Positions 18,667 through 27,989 of a stretch of DNA of 64,000 bases are shown here, piece after piece. Source of the DNA: Bacteroidota bacterium. Lineage in GTDB: Bacteria; Bacteroidota; Bacteroidia; AKYH767-A; 2013-40CM-41-45. A program made the position numbers and the translations under genes. The stretch spans positions 3,535 through 67,534 of the forward strand of contig JAPLDB010000110.1 in NCBI GenBank assembly GCA_026391975.1, read 5' to 3'. The stretch's first letter is position 1. Every line of letters starts with the position of its first letter. The notes under the pieces were generated by a model, which saw only the letters and a program-made list of their open reading frames with translations, made no database searches and was not told the origin of the DNA.

Positions 18667-19794
18667 ATGACGAACAGGAAGAAGCTACTTTTCATATTTG
18701 GAACACGTCCGGAAGCAATCAAACTTGCGCCCCTTGTTCTTGAATTCAGGAAACATCCACAATTTGATGTGAAGGTATGCGTGACTGCACAGCACAGGCA
18801 AATGCTGGATCAGGTGCTTGCGTTTTTTGAGATCACCCCTGACTATGATCTTGACATCATGAAGCCCAATCAGACATTGTTCGATGTAACAGCTGATGGG
18901 CTCAAGGCAATGGAGAAAGTGCTGAAATCATTTGAGCCATCTCTTGTTTTTGTTCAGGGAGATACCACAACATCTTTCATTGGTGCATTGGGCGCGTATT
19001 ACTGCAAAATAAAAGTCGCACACATTGAAGCCGGTCTCCGCAGTGGAAATAAATACTCTCCATTCCCTGAAGAAGTGAACCGCATACTTGCAGGGCACCT
19101 CAGTGACTATCACTTCACCCCTACTCCGCAAAGCGATGCCAACCTGAAAAAAGAAAACATCACTGAAAATATATTCGGTGTAGGCAACACAGTAATAGAT
19201 GCATTATTCCTTGGACTTGATCTGTTGAAGAAACGCGGCGAAGAATCCTTTCAAGCATTTTTTAAGGAAATTGATCTTTCGAAAAGGATGGTGCTCATCA
19301 CCGGGCACCGCCGTGAAAGTTTCGGCGAACCATTTGAAAATATTTGTGAAGCAATTAAAACATGTGCGGAAAGATTTCCAGCAGTGGAATTTGTTTATCC
19401 GGTGCACCTCAACCCGAATGTACAGCAGCCGGTAAACCGCATGCTAAGCGGATTGAAGAATGTTCATCTCATTGCCCCTCTCGGCTATGAGCATTTCATC
19501 TGGCTAATGAACAAGAGTTATGTTGTTCTCACAGATTCAGGCGGCTTACAGGAAGAAGCACCGGCGCTTGGGAAACCGGTTCTCGTCATGCGCGAAGTTA
19601 CCGAGAGACAGGAAGGCGTTGATTCAGGCACGGCGAAACTGGTAGGAACCAATAAACAACTTATCATAGATGAGCTTTCGCTGCTGCTTTCTGATACCAA
19701 GGCCTATGATAAAATGGCAAAGGCTATCAACCCATACGGCGACGGCACGTCATGTAAAAAAATCGTTGACATCGTAGCAAAACTGAAATTTTGA
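18667..19794 (+). CDS. wecB: UDP-N-acetylglucosamine 2-epimerase (non-hydrolysing)
   Basis: 375 aa with a strong family match (..LLFIFGTRPEAIKLAPLV.., ..HIEAGLRS.., ..LTDSGGLQEEAPALGKPVLVMRE..). Confidence 0.85.
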   Translation: MTNRKKLLFIFGTRPEAIKLAPLVLEFRKHPQFDVKVCVTAQHRQMLDQVLAFFEITPDYDLDIMKPNQTLFDVTADGLKAMEKVLKSFEPSLVFVQGDTTTSFIGALGAYYCKIKVAHIEAGLRSGNKYSPFPEEVNRILAGHLSDYHFTPTPQSDANLKKENITENIFGVGNTVIDALFLGLDLLKKRGEESFQAFFKEIDLSKRMVLITGHRRESFGEPFENICEAIKTCAERFPAVEFVYPVHLNPNVQQPVNRMLSGLKNVHLIAPLGYEHFIWLMNKSYVVLTDSGGLQEEAPALGKPVLVMREVTERQEGVDSGTAKLVGTNKQLIIDELSLLLSDTKAYDKMAKAINPYGDGTSCKKIVDIVAKLKF

Positions 19795-20345
19795 TGTCAA
19801 GGCTCCTTTACTTGTTTTTTTTTCGGTTGGCAGGATGGAAGATCGAAGGCTTGATGCCCTCAGAAAAAAAGTACATCATTATTGTTGCACCTCATACCAG
19901 CAACTGGGATTTTATGATCGGACTTTGTGCAAGAAGCATCCTGCGTTTTGATGCAAAATTCCTTGGCAAAAAAGAACTTTTTCGTTTTCCATTTGGCGCC
20001 TTGTTCCGATGGCTGGGAGGCGTTCCTGTAGACAGAAGTAAAAATGTAAACCTTGTAGATGCCGTAGCGAATCTTTTCAATGAACGGGAAAATTTTATTG
20101 TGGCCATTGCCCCGGAGGGAACAAGAAAATATGTTGCCCAGTGGAAAACGGGTTTTTATTTCATGGCTCTCAAAGCAAAGGTTCCGATTGTAATGACAGC
20201 CTTTGACTATCCCAAAAAAACAGTAATCATCAACCAGCCCTTTTACCCTACCGGTAATCTGGCTGAGGATATGAAAACCATTTTCGGCTTTTTCAGGGAT
20301 AAGAAGGGGAAATTTCCGAAGGAATTACCGAAGCAACTAAGCTGA
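19791..20345 (+). CDS. Lysophospholipid/1-acyl-glycerol-3-phosphate acyltransferase family protein
   Basis: HX4D acyltransferase motif HTSNWDF and the PEGTR motif (IAPEGTRKY). Its start overlaps the wecB stop by 4 bp. Confidence 0.7.
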   Translation: MMSRLLYLFFFRLAGWKIEGLMPSEKKYIIIVAPHTSNWDFMIGLCARSILRFDAKFLGKKELFRFPFGALFRWLGGVPVDRSKNVNLVDAVANLFNERENFIVAIAPEGTRKYVAQWKTGFYFMALKAKVPIVMTAFDYPKKTVIINQPFYPTGNLAEDMKTIFGFFRDKKGKFPKELPKQLS

Positions 20346-20524
20346 ATTCGAATTTACTCATTACTAGCAGTAGCACCTTGTTACGTGCCGTTCTCAAAAT
20401 TCTAAGCGCTTTGAATCTTTTCCACCAACCCAAATCCCGGCTTTCCCTTGCCTCCACTCCCTCCCCCATTTTGCCCTCTCCTCTAAAAACCATACGTTTG
20501 AAAAGTAAACCCTAATCCCCATTT

Positions 20525-20780
20525 ATGCCCCTCAGATGGAATGAAATCCGTTCGCGTGCCATACGTTTTTCGAAGTAATGGGAAGATGAAACCAATGAAG
20601 ATGGCGAGGCGAAATCCTTTCTCGTTGGCTTCTTTGATGTGTTTGGCATCTCGCGCAGGAGATTGGCCACTTTTGAAAAACGAGTACGCCTTTCCCCTCG
20701 CTGGTCGTAGAAAAGTCGCTAACCGTAGCATATTGCTGTGGTCATTTGCAAAATCACAATATCTTCGCCCGCTTCGATAG
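20525..20780 (+). pseudogene. Decayed N-terminal remnant (~85 codons) of an MmeI/PglX (YeeA)-family type IIG/IIL restriction-modification or BREX methyltransferase gene
   Basis: Translation MPLRWNEIRSRAIRFSK*WEDETNEDGEAKSFLVGFFDVFGISRRRLATFEKRV matches the conserved N-terminus of MmeI/PglX-type enzymes. There is an in-frame TAA, then a frameshift, and the remaining ~800 codons are absent. Confidence 0.6.
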
Positions 20781-20810
20781 AACAGTTTGCTAACATTAAA
20801 CTGTATCTCC

Positions 20811-21596
20811 ATGAACAAACAAAACTTCGTAACGATATTTTTGCTGAATTGCATCTCCAGCTTACTATGTGCGCAAGACTCAGCAGTGCGAATTGACAAT
20901 AAGGAAATTACTCTTTTAGATAATTCGTACACTTTTAAGGATACTACTCAAAAAATATTCTTAAAGAATAACCAATCCGAAGTTTGGAACCTGAGGCAGG
21001 AAATTACAAAATTACATTTTGACCACTGCAATCACAATGAACTCAATATTCTTCTTTATTCTGATACAACCGGAGAAATTCCGTTTGTTCAAATAATCAC
21101 CGGAACAAGTTTGTTAAAAATTGATAGCACAATTATTTCAATCGAGAAAAGTTATTCTAAAAAATTGAAGCCGGTGTTATTTGAAGGCTCACTTCAACGC
21201 TCTCTGATTTACGTTAAGTATATGTTCCATTACAGAAAGAAGGAAGAAGATTTAGCAAGGACAAACGGCAATTACAATGAAACCGAGGTGATGAGAATGT
21301 TTGGCACAGCAATAGGAAATAATGAGACAAATGAATGTGATGACGATGCCATTTTCTATGATGCGGGAGTGAAATGTTTTCAACAAGAAGATTTTAGCAA
21401 AGCAATTTATAATTTCAATCAGGCAGTAGAAGCAAATCCCTGGGATTGGGATGCTGTTTACAATCTTGGACTTTCTTACCAGAAAACAGATAAATTGAAA
21501 AAGGCTTGCGACTGTTTTTCAAAGGGGATTGAAGCAGGTGATATTATTGCAGTCCAAGCGTATAATCAATTTTGTTCGGAAATGAATAACAAGTAA
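20811..21596 (+). CDS. Hypothetical secreted protein with C-terminal TPR-like repeats. The ORF starts at 20787; the signal-peptide Met at 20811 is preferred.
   Basis: Signal peptide MNKQNFVTIFLLNCISSLLCAQ. TPR-like helices ..AIYNFNQAVEANPWDWDAVYNLGLSYQKTDKLKKACDCF.. Confidence 0.5.
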   Translation: MNKQNFVTIFLLNCISSLLCAQDSAVRIDNKEITLLDNSYTFKDTTQKIFLKNNQSEVWNLRQEITKLHFDHCNHNELNILLYSDTTGEIPFVQIITGTSLLKIDSTIISIEKSYSKKLKPVLFEGSLQRSLIYVKYMFHYRKKEEDLARTNGNYNETEVMRMFGTAIGNNETNECDDDAIFYDAGVKCFQQEDFSKAIYNFNQAVEANPWDWDAVYNLGLSYQKTDKLKKACDCFSKGIEAGDIIAVQAYNQFCSEMNNK

Positions 21597-21806
21597 CTTC
21601 GATTGAAAAGAAAAACGACTACCAAGACTAAAAAAAATATGGAAACAGAAAACATGTCAATAATTCGGCATGTGTGTAGTCAGACAAATTCTGCAAACCC
21701 CGAAGAGGTTCCGTGCACTATCCTTCTTGAAAATACCAAATCTTTTCCGATTTTTACTGCGAATTATCTGGTTTAAAAAATAAATCCGCAATTCCATTTT
21801 CAAAAT

Positions 21807-21998
21807 ATGTCCCCCACCCCATCCACCAAACTCAAAGACGGCGATACCTGCAAAGTGATTGCAGGAACCCATGCCGGAAAATCAGGAACTGTCAGGGACC
21901 TGAACATCAGCAAGACCGGACACCTCACCATTACTGTGGAACAAAAAAATGGTGTACGGTTCAAGACGCTGGGCAAGAATGTAGAGGTGATGAAATAA
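21807..21998 (+). CDS. Small (63 aa) KOW/Tudor-like hypothetical protein
   Basis: KDGDTCKVIAGTHAGKSGTV resembles a KOW/Tudor-knot motif (DUF2945-like). Assignment is weak. Confidence 0.35.
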   Translation: MSPTPSTKLKDGDTCKVIAGTHAGKSGTVRDLNISKTGHLTITVEQKNGVRFKTLGKNVEVMK

Positions 21999-22043
21999 TT
22001 CTGCCGGTTTGATATTCGGATTCACAACTGACTTGCTCACAAA

Positions 22044-22880
22044 GTGCGCATTGTCCACGCAGCTGTCACAAGACAAAATCAAATGAAATTCCTGCAAAAT
22101 TTTTTCTCCAATCAAAATATTTTTATCCCGGCAGTAAGATGGGTATTGAACAGCTATCCATTTAAAAAAACAGCAACAAGATTTCCTAACTTTTCACGAT
22201 TTCTCCGAAACCGCTTCGCCACCAATAAATTTATCAGCCTGCCGCTGACATTCCTGCTCGTATCCTTCATCGCCAACCTGATGCTCCTTTTTGAAATTGC
22301 AGAAGACTTTGAAAATTCACCGGTCATGCATGCAATTGATAATTCACTTGCACAATTTCTTTTTGATCTGCGGATTACAACAGTAGCCAATATATTTTAT
22401 TATTTCTCGTTGCTGGGGTCCCTGCCGGTGGTGATTTTAGTTGCACTGGCGGCTACCATTTTATTACTAATAAAGAAAAAGTACGTTCACCTCATTGCAT
22501 TAATCACTGCATTGACCGGTACCGGCATCACCGTATTGACCGGCAAAAATTATTTTCTCCGCCTCCGTCCGAAGAATCTTGGCTTTTATAGCGAAGCCTC
22601 CTACTCTTTCCCCAGCGGACATGCGACTGTGGCAATGGCATTTTACGGTATGTTGTTTTACATATTCATTCGTTCAACGCCTACATATAAAAATAAATTT
22701 CGCCTCTTCGTGCTTGCAGTGCTGTTTATATCGTTGCTGGGTTTCAGCAGGCTTTACCTGGGCGTGCATTACCTGAGCGATGTAATTGCAGGCTTTTCCC
22801 TCGGACTGCTGTGGCTGCTTTCAGCAATCAGTATTCTGGAATGGAAGACATACTCCTTGCAAACAGGCATTCACAAATAA
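22044..22880 (+). CDS. PAP2-family (type 2 phosphatidic acid / undecaprenyl-pyrophosphate) phosphatase. The start is uncertain (internal Met at 22083 possible).
   Basis: PAP2 signature motifs KNYFLRLRP, SFPSGHA and SRLYLGVHYLSDV in a 5-6 TM protein. Confidence 0.7.
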   Translation: MRIVHAAVTRQNQMKFLQNFFSNQNIFIPAVRWVLNSYPFKKTATRFPNFSRFLRNRFATNKFISLPLTFLLVSFIANLMLLFEIAEDFENSPVMHAIDNSLAQFLFDLRITTVANIFYYFSLLGSLPVVILVALAATILLLIKKKYVHLIALITALTGTGITVLTGKNYFLRLRPKNLGFYSEASYSFPSGHATVAMAFYGMLFYIFIRSTPTYKNKFRLFVLAVLFISLLGFSRLYLGVHYLSDVIAGFSLGLLWLLSAISILEWKTYSLQTGIHK

Positions 22881-23008
22881 ACAAATCGCATGTTGGAATC
22901 TACCGGTAACCTATATCCATTGGAGCATTTCATAACATTCTCATCTCCGCATCATCCTGTATCCGGAATATTATCCGCACCTTGTCAGTTCTAAATAAAA
23001 TTCCATTT

Positions 23009-23431
23009 ATGAAAAATACACTGCTTGCTTCCTTCGTCATTCTCCTCTGCTCCACCCTCACTTTTGCCGGCGCCCCTCCTGCTGAAGTTCAAAAGACATT
23101 CACATCTAAATTTCCAACGGCATCAAAAATTTCCTGGGGAAAAGAAAATGCAACGGAATGGGAAGCTAAATTCACGATGGATGGAAATAAAATTTCTGCA
23201 AACTTCTCTGCTAATGGTTCATGGGTTGAAACAGAAAAAGAAATTCCGGTATCGCAATTACCGAAGGCAGTTGCAGAGGCAATACAGAAGCAATATCCCG
23301 GCTGGAAAATAACAGAAGCAGACAAAACAGAAACGGCAAAAAACGGTACTATTTACGAAGCTGATCTTAAATCCGGCAACATGAAAAAATCACTTGCATT
23401 CAAAGCTGATGGCACCACTGTAGTCGAATAA
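23009..23431 (+). CDS. PepSY-like/beta-lactamase-inhibitor-like (DUF2874-type) periplasmic protein. The ORF starts at 22982.
   Basis: Signal peptide MKNTLLASFVILLCSTLTFA. Two tandem PepSY-like halves (..WEAKFTMDGNKISANFSANGSW.. / ..YEADLKSGNMKKSLAFKADGT..). Confidence 0.55.
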   Translation: MKNTLLASFVILLCSTLTFAGAPPAEVQKTFTSKFPTASKISWGKENATEWEAKFTMDGNKISANFSANGSWVETEKEIPVSQLPKAVAEAIQKQYPGWKITEADKTETAKNGTIYEADLKSGNMKKSLAFKADGTTVVE

Positions 23432-23448
23432 GGTCCTGCACATCTAGA

Positions 23449-24180
23449 ATGAACAAGCTTCCTGCCATCACCTTTTCTTTCTGGGTCATGAAAATTTGCG
23501 CTACCACCCTTGGTGAAACGGCCGGTGACCTGCTTTCCATGACAATGAATGTTGGCTATGCGGTGAGTTCTCTCATACTGCTGGGTTTCTTTTTTGCAAC
23601 ACTTGCCATTCAGCTCTCCATAAAAAAATTCCACCCTGTTATTTACTGGGCTGTCATACTTTCCACCAGCACTGCCGGAACAACAATGAGCGATTACATG
23701 GACAGAACCCTGGGTCTGGGATATGCTACAGGATCAACGATCCTTGTCTCATTGCTGGTGGCAACCCTTATCACATGGAGGCTTACAGAAAAATCATTGT
23801 CTGTTACGAATATCAAATCGTTGCGCGGTGAAGTATTCTACTGGACAGCGATCTTATTCTCAAATACCCTTGGAACGGCATTGGGCGATTTTCTGGCTGA
23901 TGATTCAGGACTTGGTTTTGGCGGTGGTGCATTGCTCATCGGAGGTTTGCTGGCGTTACTTGTACTTGCTTACTATTTCACAAAACTTTCTCACGTGGTT
24001 TTGTTCTGGTCGGCATTTGTACTCACACGTCCATTCGGCGCCACTTTTGGTGACCTGCTTACGAAGACCCAAGAAAAAGGGGGATTGAATTTCGGTACGA
24101 TGGGATCATCGCTGATACTTTTTGTAATACTTGCTGTGCTTGTAACAGGCTCAATTGTTAAACTCAGGACATCGAAATAA
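23449..24180 (+). CDS. Hypothetical polytopic membrane protein with an internal two-fold repeat
   Basis: Repeated TLGETAGDLLS / LGTALGDFLAD / FGATFGDLLTK motifs each follow TM helices. No named family recognised. Confidence 0.5.
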   Translation: MNKLPAITFSFWVMKICATTLGETAGDLLSMTMNVGYAVSSLILLGFFFATLAIQLSIKKFHPVIYWAVILSTSTAGTTMSDYMDRTLGLGYATGSTILVSLLVATLITWRLTEKSLSVTNIKSLRGEVFYWTAILFSNTLGTALGDFLADDSGLGFGGGALLIGGLLALLVLAYYFTKLSHVVLFWSAFVLTRPFGATFGDLLTKTQEKGGLNFGTMGSSLILFVILAVLVTGSIVKLRTSK

Positions 24181-24203
24181 ATTGGTATAGCGCAGTAAAA
24201 ACA

Positions 24204-24317
24204 AAACCACGGAGGCACGGAGGTTCACGGAGGTGTACCTAAGTTACAACTATAAAACCAAGGAGACAATGAAATTCAACATGGTTTTACTCTGTGGTTC
24301 TCCGTGCCTCCGTGGTT
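24204..24317. repeat. Long imperfect palindrome: three direct CACGGAGG repeats on the left, and on the right an 18-bp block that is the exact inverse complement of the first two units, about 77 nt apart
   Basis: aaccacggaggcacggaggttcacggagg ... ctccgtgcctccgtggtt. The two arms form an 18-bp perfect stem, and the structure starts 24 bp after the upstream stop. Confidence 0.5.
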
Positions 24318-24406
24318 AATAACCTGGCTGTTTAATAGCCCTCTCTGAATTTTCTCTTGCTCCACAGTAAAAAAATTCATCATTCACAAATCTCATTCCC
24401 ACCCAC

Positions 24407-24414
24407 TATCTTTG
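24407..24414 (+). promoter_or_regulatory. -7 box candidate TATCTTTG 5 bp upstream of ATG 24419
   Basis: TAnnTTTG match. Confidence 0.3.
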
Positions 24415-24418
24415 CTCC

Positions 24419-24718
24419 ATGGCAAACAACACCTCCCCAAACATCTTAAACACAGCCGCAAACCTGCTCGGGTTTTGCCTTTTCGTTTTTACTTCATTGC
24501 ACATCAGCAACAATGCCGAGAATAGCATCATGGATGAACTCACCTCAATCATTGCAATCTTGCTTTCAATATCCTGTATGTTTTCCTTTCTCTCTATTAG
24601 AACAATTAAACCGGAAAGAGAAAAGCGTTATGAAACCATTGCTGATTATTTATTCTTCACGTCGCTATCCGGAATACTCATTGTTATCCTTTTGATTAGT
24701 CTTAACTTTATTAAGTAG
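24419..24718 (+). CDS. Small hypothetical membrane protein (99 aa)
   Basis: Three hydrophobic helices. The promoter-like motif directly upstream supports expression. Confidence 0.35.
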   Translation: MANNTSPNILNTAANLLGFCLFVFTSLHISNNAENSIMDELTSIIAILLSISCMFSFLSIRTIKPEREKRYETIADYLFFTSLSGILIVILLISLNFIK

Positions 24719-24751
24719 ATCATTGTCTATTTATTATTCACTTCACCGGAA

Positions 24752-25474
24752 ATGCAACACAAGATCATTCACCTCTGGAGCGGCCCCAGAAACATCTCCA
24801 CTGCTTTCATGTATTCATTCGCACAAAGGAATGACACAAAGGTTATAGATGAACCATTGTATGCACACTACTTAAAAGTTACAGACATTGACCATCCCGG
24901 CAAAGAAGAAATTCTGAAAAGTCAGGAGCAGGATGGCAATAATGTAATGAAAGCCATTGCTGCATATAAAGGGGAGAAATCAGTACTATTCTGCAAACAA
25001 ATGACACATCATCTGGTATATATTGATTTGTCATTGATAAAAAATGCCATCAATATTCTCCTTATCAGGAATCCGAAACAGGTATTGCATTCTTATGCCA
25101 AAGTGATCACACAACCGCAGCTGAGCGACATCGGCATCAAACAGAATTATGACCTTTATCATTACCTCAAAGAAAATAATTTGCATTGCCTTGTGATTGA
25201 CTCAAACGAACTTTTGAAAAATCCTGAAAAATTACTCAGCACCATTTGTAAGGATGCCGGTATTGAATTCCAACAGGCAATGCTCAACTGGCAATCCGGA
25301 CCGAAAAAGGAGGACGGCGTCTGGGCGAAATACTGGTATGAAAATGTTCATCGTTCCACCGGCTTTCATCCCTTTCAGGAAAAAGAAACAAAGCTGCCCG
25401 AACACCTTGAAAAAATATTTCTTGAATCAAAACCTTTTTACGATTTCCTTTACAGCTATTCCATAAAATCATAA
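24752..25474 (+). CDS. Sulfotransferase-like P-loop protein (HxWSGPRNxST family)
   Basis: N-terminal IHLWSGPRNISTAFMYSF resembles the PAPS-binding loop of the sulfotransferase-fold domain. In plant BCAT-like proteins this domain is fused to a class IV aminotransferase domain, and the adjacent gene here is class IV. Confidence 0.5.
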   Translation: MQHKIIHLWSGPRNISTAFMYSFAQRNDTKVIDEPLYAHYLKVTDIDHPGKEEILKSQEQDGNNVMKAIAAYKGEKSVLFCKQMTHHLVYIDLSLIKNAINILLIRNPKQVLHSYAKVITQPQLSDIGIKQNYDLYHYLKENNLHCLVIDSNELLKNPEKLLSTICKDAGIEFQQAMLNWQSGPKKEDGVWAKYWYENVHRSTGFHPFQEKETKLPEHLEKIFLESKPFYDFLYSYSIKS

Positions 25475-25477
25475 ATC

Positions 25478-26380
25478 ATGTTACAATCATTCAATCCTAA
25501 AAATGAAAATATATTCGTGAGCATTAACGGCAAACTGTTACCACGCAATGAAGCCAGGATTTCTGTATTCGACAGCACTGTGCAGGGTGGTGATGCAGTG
25601 TGGGAAGGTTTGCGCATTTATGACGGCAGGATATTTTGCCTGGAAGAACACCTGAACAGAATGATCGAATCGGCGCATGCACTTGCATTTCAGAATGTGC
25701 CCGCCAAAGAGGAAATCAAGAAAGCTATTTTCGAAACGCTGAAAGCAAATGGCATGAGGGATGAGTCGCACATCCGCCTGACTCTTTCCCGCGGAGAGAA
25801 AATCACCAGCGGCATGGACCCACGCCTGAATACAAAAGGCTGCACGCTCATCGTACTTGCCGAATGGAAAAAACCGGTGTATGGATCAAAGGGCATAAAA
25901 TTGACAACAAGCTCAGTGAGAAGAAATTCTCCGATGAATCTGGACTCAAAAATCCATCACAACAACTTGCTCAATAATATCCTTGCAAAGATAGAAGCCA
26001 ATGTTGCCGGTGCTGATGATGCTCTCATGCTCGACAATCATGGCTTTGTATCAGAGACCAATGCCTGTAACATTTTTCATTGCAAGAACGGAAAACTATA
26101 TACACCTCATGCCGATGCCTGTCTGCCGGGCATTACAAGAAAAAAAGTAATTGACATTGCATTGTCTGAGAAAATTTCCATTACTGAAAAAAATATTTCA
26201 CTCACCGAAATATACAATGCCGATGAAGTATTTACAACCGGCACAATGGGTGAACTGGTATTGGCGGATGAAATTGACGGAAGAAAGATCATTAACCGTT
26301 CAGGAGAAAAATTATTCGATAAACTATTTTCGGTGTATCGTAAGATGACCGATTCAGAGGGAGAAAAATTGCCGTTTTGA
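25478..26380 (+). CDS. Class IV (fold-type IV) PLP-dependent aminotransferase/lyase: branched-chain/D-amino-acid aminotransferase or aminodeoxychorismate-lyase-like
   Basis: 300 aa with fold-type IV motifs (..EGLRIYDGRIFCLEEHLNRM.., ..TTGTMGELVLADEIDGR..). Starts 4 bp after the upstream gene. Confidence 0.7.
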   Translation: MLQSFNPKNENIFVSINGKLLPRNEARISVFDSTVQGGDAVWEGLRIYDGRIFCLEEHLNRMIESAHALAFQNVPAKEEIKKAIFETLKANGMRDESHIRLTLSRGEKITSGMDPRLNTKGCTLIVLAEWKKPVYGSKGIKLTTSSVRRNSPMNLDSKIHHNNLLNNILAKIEANVAGADDALMLDNHGFVSETNACNIFHCKNGKLYTPHADACLPGITRKKVIDIALSEKISITEKNISLTEIYNADEVFTTGTMGELVLADEIDGRKIINRSGEKLFDKLFSVYRKMTDSEGEKLPF

Positions 26381-26570
26381 TAATTTAATTTTAACAGCTA
26401 CAAGAAAAAAACTGCAGGCAGGTATATTCACAATGGTTTTTGTGACCGCAGATCAAAACATTCCGATTGCTATGTTAAAAAGTAGTTAAGAGAAATTGAT
26501 GCAAATCACTACAACTAGTGAAATCTGCTCACTTGATATTTAATCAAGAAATAGTTTCTTCCATATCAGC

Positions 26571-26578
26571 TATCTTTG
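26571..26578 (+). promoter_or_regulatory. -7 box candidate TATCTTTG upstream of the 26606 start
   Basis: TAnnTTTG match about 28 bp before ATG 26606. Confidence 0.3.
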
Positions 26579-26605
26579 CATGCAATCGTATTAATCAAAC
26601 ATCAA

Positions 26606-27964
26606 ATGAAAAAAGCCTTACTCACCTTCGCAGTTATCATTGCTTCTCACACTTTCACCAATGCACAATTCCTGATTAAACCTGTTTCGTTTTCCCCAAC
26701 AGGATTGTCCAATCAGGGCAATGTTGCAGGATATGAAGCACAGGCAGGTCCATATACGATCTGGAAACCGGATTCAGCGATAACGATAAGCATCGGTGGA
26801 CTTGCTCCCGGACAGGGAATTGGCGGACAAGCACGATTTTCTGATGATGGAAATTTTCTTTGTGGAACCAGTCATGGAAATCAATTTGCTGAAATGTCAC
26901 GCTACGATGTATCAACAGGACAATGGACTACGCTGGGAAGCCTTGGATTTATGATCGACAGTACGCTGAGCGGCGGATTTGGAATTTCAGGAGACGGTAA
27001 TACAATCGTAGGACTTTCCTGGGCTGATACTACAGGAGGATATGCTTATGCTCATGGTGTTGCATGGAACCCCGCAGAAGGCATAATGGACCTGGGCAGT
27101 CTTCATGACAGTATCCAGAGAAGCACGCGTGCAAATGCAGTCAGCTATGACGGAAGTATTGTTGTCGGATGGCAGGACTACAATGGCCCCTGGAAATCGG
27201 CCGTATGGAAAAAAAATCCTGCAGGCGGATATTACCCCAATGAATATCTATTGATCGATACAACAGGAAGCGCCACAGATGAATACAACCAGCTTGGAGA
27301 ATGCAGTTGCATTTCCGTAGATGGCATCTGGATCGGTGGTTACGGCGATTATGCAAACAATGGACAGCCTTGGATATGGAGCAGACCAACAGGTGTTGTT
27401 AACCTGGGAACATTACCCAATGCCGGACAAGGATTTGTATCAGGCATCAATACTGATGGTACAATGGCGGTGGGTTGGTTTGATGGCCAGCTCTGGGGCG
27501 ATCCGCAAATCCCTTTCATCTGGACATCTGCTTCAGGCATTCAGAATCTGAATGACTATATCCACAATGTCCTGGGATTGTCTACCGGTCCTGTCATAGT
27601 AAATGCCGCCGGCTGTCTGTCTTCCAACGGACAATATATTGCCGGCTACGGCATTGATACCATGTCATTCTTTTATGCAACGTACAGGGTGAATGCAATC
27701 CCTTCAGGAGTAAGCGAACTGAGCATTTTAAACGAAATGAAAATATATCCGAATCCGGTTACATCACAATTGACAGTCAGATTTGCGTCTGATGAATTTC
27801 ATCAGATAAAAATAACTGACCTTGCGGGTAAAGAAATCAGGAGTGCCGAATTTACAGGAAAGCAAATCACGATTGAAAGAGAAACACTGAATGCGGGAAT
27901 TTATTTCTTACAGGCAACGGATCATCAGCAGCATATTGTCAATGCAAAAGTGATCGTTCAATGA
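26606..27964 (+). CDS. Secreted repeat protein (HAF-type extracellular-repeat-like) with a type-A T9SS C-terminal domain. The ORF track begins at TTG 26576.
   Basis: Signal peptide MKKALLTFAVIIASHTFTNAQ. Repeated ..G.S.DG..IVG/G.. motifs. C-terminus KIYPNPVTSQLTVRF..GIYFLQATDHQQHIVNAKVIVQ. Confidence 0.6.
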   Translation: MKKALLTFAVIIASHTFTNAQFLIKPVSFSPTGLSNQGNVAGYEAQAGPYTIWKPDSAITISIGGLAPGQGIGGQARFSDDGNFLCGTSHGNQFAEMSRYDVSTGQWTTLGSLGFMIDSTLSGGFGISGDGNTIVGLSWADTTGGYAYAHGVAWNPAEGIMDLGSLHDSIQRSTRANAVSYDGSIVVGWQDYNGPWKSAVWKKNPAGGYYPNEYLLIDTTGSATDEYNQLGECSCISVDGIWIGGYGDYANNGQPWIWSRPTGVVNLGTLPNAGQGFVSGINTDGTMAVGWFDGQLWGDPQIPFIWTSASGIQNLNDYIHNVLGLSTGPVIVNAAGCLSSNGQYIAGYGIDTMSFFYATYRVNAIPSGVSELSILNEMKIYPNPVTSQLTVRFASDEFHQIKITDLAGKEIRSAEFTGKQITIERETLNAGIYFLQATDHQQHIVNAKVIVQ

Positions 27965-27989
27965 TAAAAGAACCTGCAATTACGAAAGT

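Noticed and set aside
20483-20932. 149-aa minus-strand ORF overlapping the methyltransferase remnant
   Set aside because: No recognisable motifs and odd composition. The plus strand carries the recognisable MmeI/PglX-like N-terminal remnant, so this is most likely a chance ORF.
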